Shown here: positions 28,197-31,959 of the stretch, one piece after another
Position numbering within the stretch: the first letter of the stretch is position 1
Layout: the number at the start of each line of letters is the position of its first letter
NCBI GenBank assembly: GCA_049599895.1
Contig: JBMYPC010000020.1
Span: 1 to 31,959, forward strand
Length of the DNA: 31,959 nucleotides
Direction of reading: 5' to 3'
DNA from: Bacteriovoracaceae bacterium
GTDB taxonomy: Bacteria > Bdellovibrionota > Bacteriovoracia > Bacteriovoracales > Bacteriovoracaceae
Position numbers and translations under genes: made by a program
Notes under the pieces: generated by a model
What the model was told of the DNA's origin: nothing
What the model saw: only the letters and a program-made list of their open reading frames with translations
The model's database searches: none

Positions 28197-28301
28197 TATA
28201 CTGAAAACGGTTGAGTTTTCAGGGGTCGCAGACGGCTAGGAAGCGTCAGCGACCAGTGTATTAAAGTTCCCTTACTTGAAATTTAAACCAGTACGACTAT
28301 A
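28197..28301 (+). mobile_element. MITE-like element, copy 2 (105 bp)
   Basis: TATACTGAAAACGGTTGAGT...GAAATTTAAACCAGTACGACTATA; 82/105 identical to copy 1 by manual ungapped alignment. Confidence 0.85.
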
Positions 28302-28426
28302 TAAGAAAATAAAAAATGAGAGTATCGAAAAAGCGCCAAAAAAGTGCTGATTTCCGACAAAGGCAAAGTTTGAAACTAAGGTTAATCAATTCAGAGAACT
28401 TTCCTAAGGCCATCTGAGTTTAAGAT

Positions 28427-30034
28427 TTAATCGTTTAGATAAATGGGAAGGTTTTGAAGTTCTTCTAGTCGTTCTTCAGTTTCAATAAATAGAGGCAAGA
28501 GTTGATCTTTTTCTTTTAGCTCCTTGGTGTCATCTTCCATGTTAAGGAGAATTTCTAATGAAGCACGATAATCTTCTCTTAGTTCCTGAACCTTTGATTT
28601 CCGCTCTGGATATAATTCGAGGTTCATGGGAGAGTATTTGTTTTTTACGAGGTCTTCATATTTTAGGCTCTCCATATAGATCTGAAAAATGTGATTGATA
28701 AGGAAAAAGTTGTTCGACTCTTTAAATTCATTGATTAGTTCCGAAACAATTATGTCATCTCTTTTTTCAACACTCGAGTCACCTTCCATATAATCTCTTT
28801 GGGCCTGGCCAGCTTTATTAGAAAGTCCATCGTATTGAGATTCCTGATGTTTCCTTTCACGGTTTTTAAATTGATACATGGAGGTCACCATTGTGATCAT
28901 TGCGAGAGTTGTGGTGTATCTGGTGAGCTTGGCAAAGCGAATGTCTCGCATGGCGCGATTAGTTTCTTTGTTGAAATTTTTAAAGGCACTCTTGTGAATC
29001 CCCTTCTCAAAGACATCGAGATAATGGGCCTTGTTGGTTTGATATCTTAAGAAGTTTCTCACAAAAGGTGTCTGCACAATCCCAAAACCGTTAAAAAGCC
29101 AGGCACCAAAGCCTGCTTCTAAACTGAGTTCAAGGAATTTCGTAAATCGTAAGCGGTAAAGCCTTTGAAGGTTTGTCCATACTGGGCTGTATCTCAAGCC
29201 AAGCTTAAATTTCCAAAAAGATTTTCCTCCGAGCATACCTAGAGACTTGTAGATCTCTAGGGCCGACTTTTGAGTAAGGCTTTCAATATAACGATGAGCG
29301 ATGACTTTTTTTGCGATTTGGACTTTGTCTTCAGCAAAAAGCTCCCCTGGATTAATAGGGAGGTGGTAATACTTTTCATAGAGTTTATAGAAAAAATTTT
29401 GAAGATTCGTTTCATTGAGACTTTCGAGGTCCGCAAAGTTTAAAAAGTATTTCTGCCTCCAGTTGTTTGCATAAAATGCACCTTCTGCGAAATATTCTGC
29501 AATTTTAAATTCTCCAAGGAGATTTCCTTGATCAACCTTTGCTCTTATCTGATTCACAAGAACTTCGTTAAAGGCAATTAAATCAATGCGACTTTTAGGT
29601 TTCGGGATGAGGTTTTTTATCGCATTGTCAATTGGCTCGTCTTTTAAAATTTTCTGAATAAGAGAGGCAAGGTTTAATGATTGATATTGTTTTTTAGCAT
29701 CTTCAATCGATTTGACGAATTCTTCTGGAGGAATGTCTCTTACCGACTTGGGGATAAAAAGCGTTTGATAGACTTTTCGAAGACGAGCTTGAAACTTTTG
29801 GTAGACGTTACTCTCGTTCACGTTGGGAATATAACGAAGCAATGACTTTCGACTTTTTTTGATTTGAGAAAAATTAATCGCTCGATGAACAAGAACCAGA
29901 CATGGCCGATCCGAAGTCAATGAATTCGGATTTCGCAAGGACTGAGCTTGATACTTTTTCGAAGGTTGCATTTGCGAGCAAGAGGCCAGCATAAATCCGA
30001 AAAAGAAAATAAGGTAAATATTGGAGCGGTTCAC
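28427..30034 (-). CDS. Hypothetical lipoprotein with internal hydrophobic segments
   Basis: Lipobox LASC, GAGGA SD, 535 aa, no recognised domain. Confidence 0.8.
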   Translation of the reverse strand: MNRSNIYLIFFFGFMLASCSQMQPSKKYQAQSLRNPNSLTSDRPCLVLVHRAINFSQIKKSRKSLLRYIPNVNESNVYQKFQARLRKVYQTLFIPKSVRDIPPEEFVKSIEDAKKQYQSLNLASLIQKILKDEPIDNAIKNLIPKPKSRIDLIAFNEVLVNQIRAKVDQGNLLGEFKIAEYFAEGAFYANNWRQKYFLNFADLESLNETNLQNFFYKLYEKYYHLPINPGELFAEDKVQIAKKVIAHRYIESLTQKSALEIYKSLGMLGGKSFWKFKLGLRYSPVWTNLQRLYRLRFTKFLELSLEAGFGAWLFNGFGIVQTPFVRNFLRYQTNKAHYLDVFEKGIHKSAFKNFNKETNRAMRDIRFAKLTRYTTTLAMITMVTSMYQFKNRERKHQESQYDGLSNKAGQAQRDYMEGDSSVEKRDDIIVSELINEFKESNNFFLINHIFQIYMESLKYEDLVKNKYSPMNLELYPERKSKVQELREDYRASLEILLNMEDDTKELKEKDQLLPLFIETEERLEELQNLPIYLND

Positions 30035-30232
30035 TCCTCACTTATCGGTAAAATAGGCTTTGAAGGGAGTTTGAGCAAGCTAAAGGAAAATTGTTCTAGG
30101 AAAAAAGTTCCATTAGTAAGTGATACTGTTCTCGTCTCTAGTAATACTCTTCAGCGGTTTTGGCAAAAACCGAGGTCGAAAGCAATCCAAACATCATAAA
30201 AAAAGCGAAAATTCGTTTCATCGGTTTCTCCG

Positions 30233-31312
30233 TTAGTAGAGTGATTCCTGCTCAAAGTTCGTCACGGCATCGGCCCCACGAGAACCTGTGGCTTCATCAT
30301 AAAAGCGAATCGCATCGATTCCTTTAAGATATTCATAAGTGAGGTTTCTTTTTTTCTTTTGGACATTGGCTTGTTCTGCTGTTTTATGGGCAGCGACTTC
30401 TTGTTGAGTGAGAAGTTCGAGTTCGTTAACCGCCTTCATTTCAAAAGTTTCGCCTTTTCCTGCGGCAACGCCTTTGAGGCTCTCAGTGAGGCAACTCCTA
30501 GAGTAACCGTTGTAATACTCTTTAAATTGAGTATCGTTTGAAATTTGAAAATAGAAGCTGAGGGCATCGTGGGCTTCTTGTTCTGTGAAGTTAAGAACTG
30601 TTTGTTCAACAGGCTTATTTTGAGACTTATAATGTTTAAAGGCATCTTCACGAGACATTAAAACATAGACGCTGCCATATTGATCGGCCATGCCGGCTTT
30701 GGGATCATATTGGCTGTTTCCAATGATGTCGGCGACATAATAAGAAAAAACAATTCCATCAATTTGATGAAGAGGAGATTGCTCTTCTTCGGTTTTAAGA
30801 ATCTGATCGTAAAGGCTTACGGTTTTTCCTTGATGAAAATCAAAGCGAGTTTGTCCGTGTCCGATTTGAACTGGGAATTCTCCACCGTTTCCATTTTCTC
30901 CAGTGAGGGGGTCAAATGGTTCAAATTGATAGAGAGATCTTTGAATCAATCCTGAGTTTGGAATCTCGGCGATGAAGTAGCTCTTTTGATGTCTGAAGTT
31001 TGCGATATAAGTGTGATCAGCTTTGGCCTCGATCCCATGAGATTTAAGGGTCTCCTTATTAAGGATAATCACACTTCGAGTTCTGTGAGTTTCAATACAC
31101 TTTCCCGCCGCGTGGCTTTGCCTATTGACCTGGTTGGGTTCAATGATCGCAAGCTCAAGATAAGGGTCGTCCTTTAAATGAGCTCCATGCTGATCAATAA
31201 GCTCTTGTAAGCAGTGCTGAGCATTTGCAGGCCTTGAAGGAAGGATAACCTGGTCATCAGCAATAGTTTGAGTTGATACAAGTAATGCCATTAGTGAAGC
31301 GATCTTAATCAC
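30233..31312 (-). CDS. Secreted protein, possible permuted papain-like (DUF4105/LRAT-like) enzyme
   Basis: Signal peptide; 'IGHGQTRF' followed later by 'YYNGYSRSCLT' (His before Cys, YNxxxxNC-like). Function is inferred. Confidence 0.6.
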   Translation of the reverse strand: MIKIASLMALLVSTQTIADDQVILPSRPANAQHCLQELIDQHGAHLKDDPYLELAIIEPNQVNRQSHAAGKCIETHRTRSVIILNKETLKSHGIEAKADHTYIANFRHQKSYFIAEIPNSGLIQRSLYQFEPFDPLTGENGNGGEFPVQIGHGQTRFDFHQGKTVSLYDQILKTEEEQSPLHQIDGIVFSYYVADIIGNSQYDPKAGMADQYGSVYVLMSREDAFKHYKSQNKPVEQTVLNFTEQEAHDALSFYFQISNDTQFKEYYNGYSRSCLTESLKGVAAGKGETFEMKAVNELELLTQQEVAAHKTAEQANVQKKKRNLTYEYLKGIDAIRFYDEATGSRGADAVTNFEQESLY

Positions 31313-31507
31313 GTTAACTCCATGAAATCTTAATGTTTAACTCGCGCATTTAAACATATTGAGCCTAATGAAGAGGGCTTTTTGAAATCTTTATAAAAGA
31401 CCAGTTTGGGTTAGGTGAAAGTCCTGTAATTATCGCCAAGGTTTTTATCAGGGTGTCTAAAATCTAGACAGTGATTCAGTCTTAAGGCCTATATTTTGAC
31501 GTCAAAG

Positions 31508-31524
31508 TTGGTACCGATCTTGCT
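31508..31524 (+). promoter_or_regulatory. sigma54 (-24/-12) promoter
   Basis: TTGGTACCGATCTTGCT has GG-N10-GC spacing, 50 nt upstream of ATG 31575; upstream palindromes at 31454-70 and 31495-506. Confidence 0.7.
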
Positions 31525-31574
31525 TTATATTAATCAAATTATTTTTTGAAAGAAACTTAGCCCTGGAGGCAACT

Positions 31575-31959
31575 ATGATTAAAAGTTTTATTTTCACATT
31601 ATCATTTAGTTTATTTATGGGTGGTCCTTCATTTGCCCAAAGTGTAATGGTGGACTCAACATCATTTCCAGCTGATTACAAGTTTGGAGCCGGTTCAACA
31701 TCGTTTCCAGCTGATTTCAAGTTTGCCAACGACTCAATATCATTTCCAGTCGATTACAAGCCTGTGACCGACTCAATATCTTTTTTAGATGATTATAAAC
31801 TTGCGGGTGATTCAGAGTTATTTCTCTCTGAGTTCAGCTCTGCGTTCGATTCAGCATCATTAGAAATTGTAAGAAAAGTCGCAGGAAGTCCTGCATATGT
31901 TACCCCAGAAGAGATAGCAGATTCATCGCAAGCTTCTACTGAAGTTACAGAAACTGTTG
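31575..31959 (+). CDS. Secreted repeat protein, partial (runs off window)
   Basis: GGAGG SD at 31565; signal peptide MIKSFIFTLSFSLFMGGPSFA; frame open to the window end. Confidence 0.8.
   Translation, partial: MIKSFIFTLSFSLFMGGPSFAQSVMVDSTSFPADYKFGAGSTSFPADFKFANDSISFPVDYKPVTDSISFLDDYKLAGDSELFLSEFSSAFDSASLEIVRKVAGSPAYVTPEEIADSSQASTEVTETV
31653..31847 (+). repeat. 39-bp / 13-aa intragenic tandem repeat, about 5 units
   Basis: DSTSFPADYKFGA, GSTSFPADFKFAN, DSISFPVDYKPVT, DSISFLDDYKLAG, DSELFLSEFSSAF. Confidence 0.85.

Noticed and set aside
23920..28301. The two elements as ends of a composite transposon or prophage att sites carrying ruvCAB
   Set aside because: They are only about 78% identical, and copy 1 has its own TA duplication within a reconstructable gene, so the insertions are independent.
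6..31177. Short shadow ORFs (e.g. 3521-3862, 6558-6914, 7197-7589, 7794-8321, 17802-18266, 30680-30955)
   Set aside because: They overlap well-supported genes in other frames or strands and show no motifs.
31653..31847. 39-bp repeats as a CRISPR array
   Set aside because: The units are contiguous, in-frame and coding, with no unique spacers and no cas genes.

Overview
AT-rich bacterial chromosomal window. Gene content and style (csrA-fliW after flgKL, many orphan secreted proteins) suggest Bdellovibrionota, possibly Bacteriovorax/Halobacteriovorax-like; this taxonomy is an inference. Left to right it holds an envelope cluster (BatE-like TPR/SH3 protein, cNMP-binding protein, AI-2E transporter, bamD, TPR protein), a minus-strand flagellar cluster flgF-G-A-H-I-[inverted orphan]-flgJ-M-N-K-L-csrA-fliW, then xseB, a patatin-like lipoprotein, PBP1A, a TonB-like gene, folD-gcvT-gcvH, a decaying accessory patch, ruvCAB and orphan secreted genes. 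Most notable: (1) two 105-bp TATA-bounded MITE-like elements about 78% identical, one splitting a DUF4160-like toxin gene that is restored in frame by removing the element plus one TA; (2) FlgG appears to carry a cleavable Sec-type signal peptide ending exactly at the canonical FlgG start; (3) a catalytically dead patatin lipoprotein overlaps PBP1A; (4) a class-III aminotransferase remnant lacks its PLP domain; (5) several genes look leaderless; (6) a sigma54-driven secreted protein has 13-aa tandem repeats.
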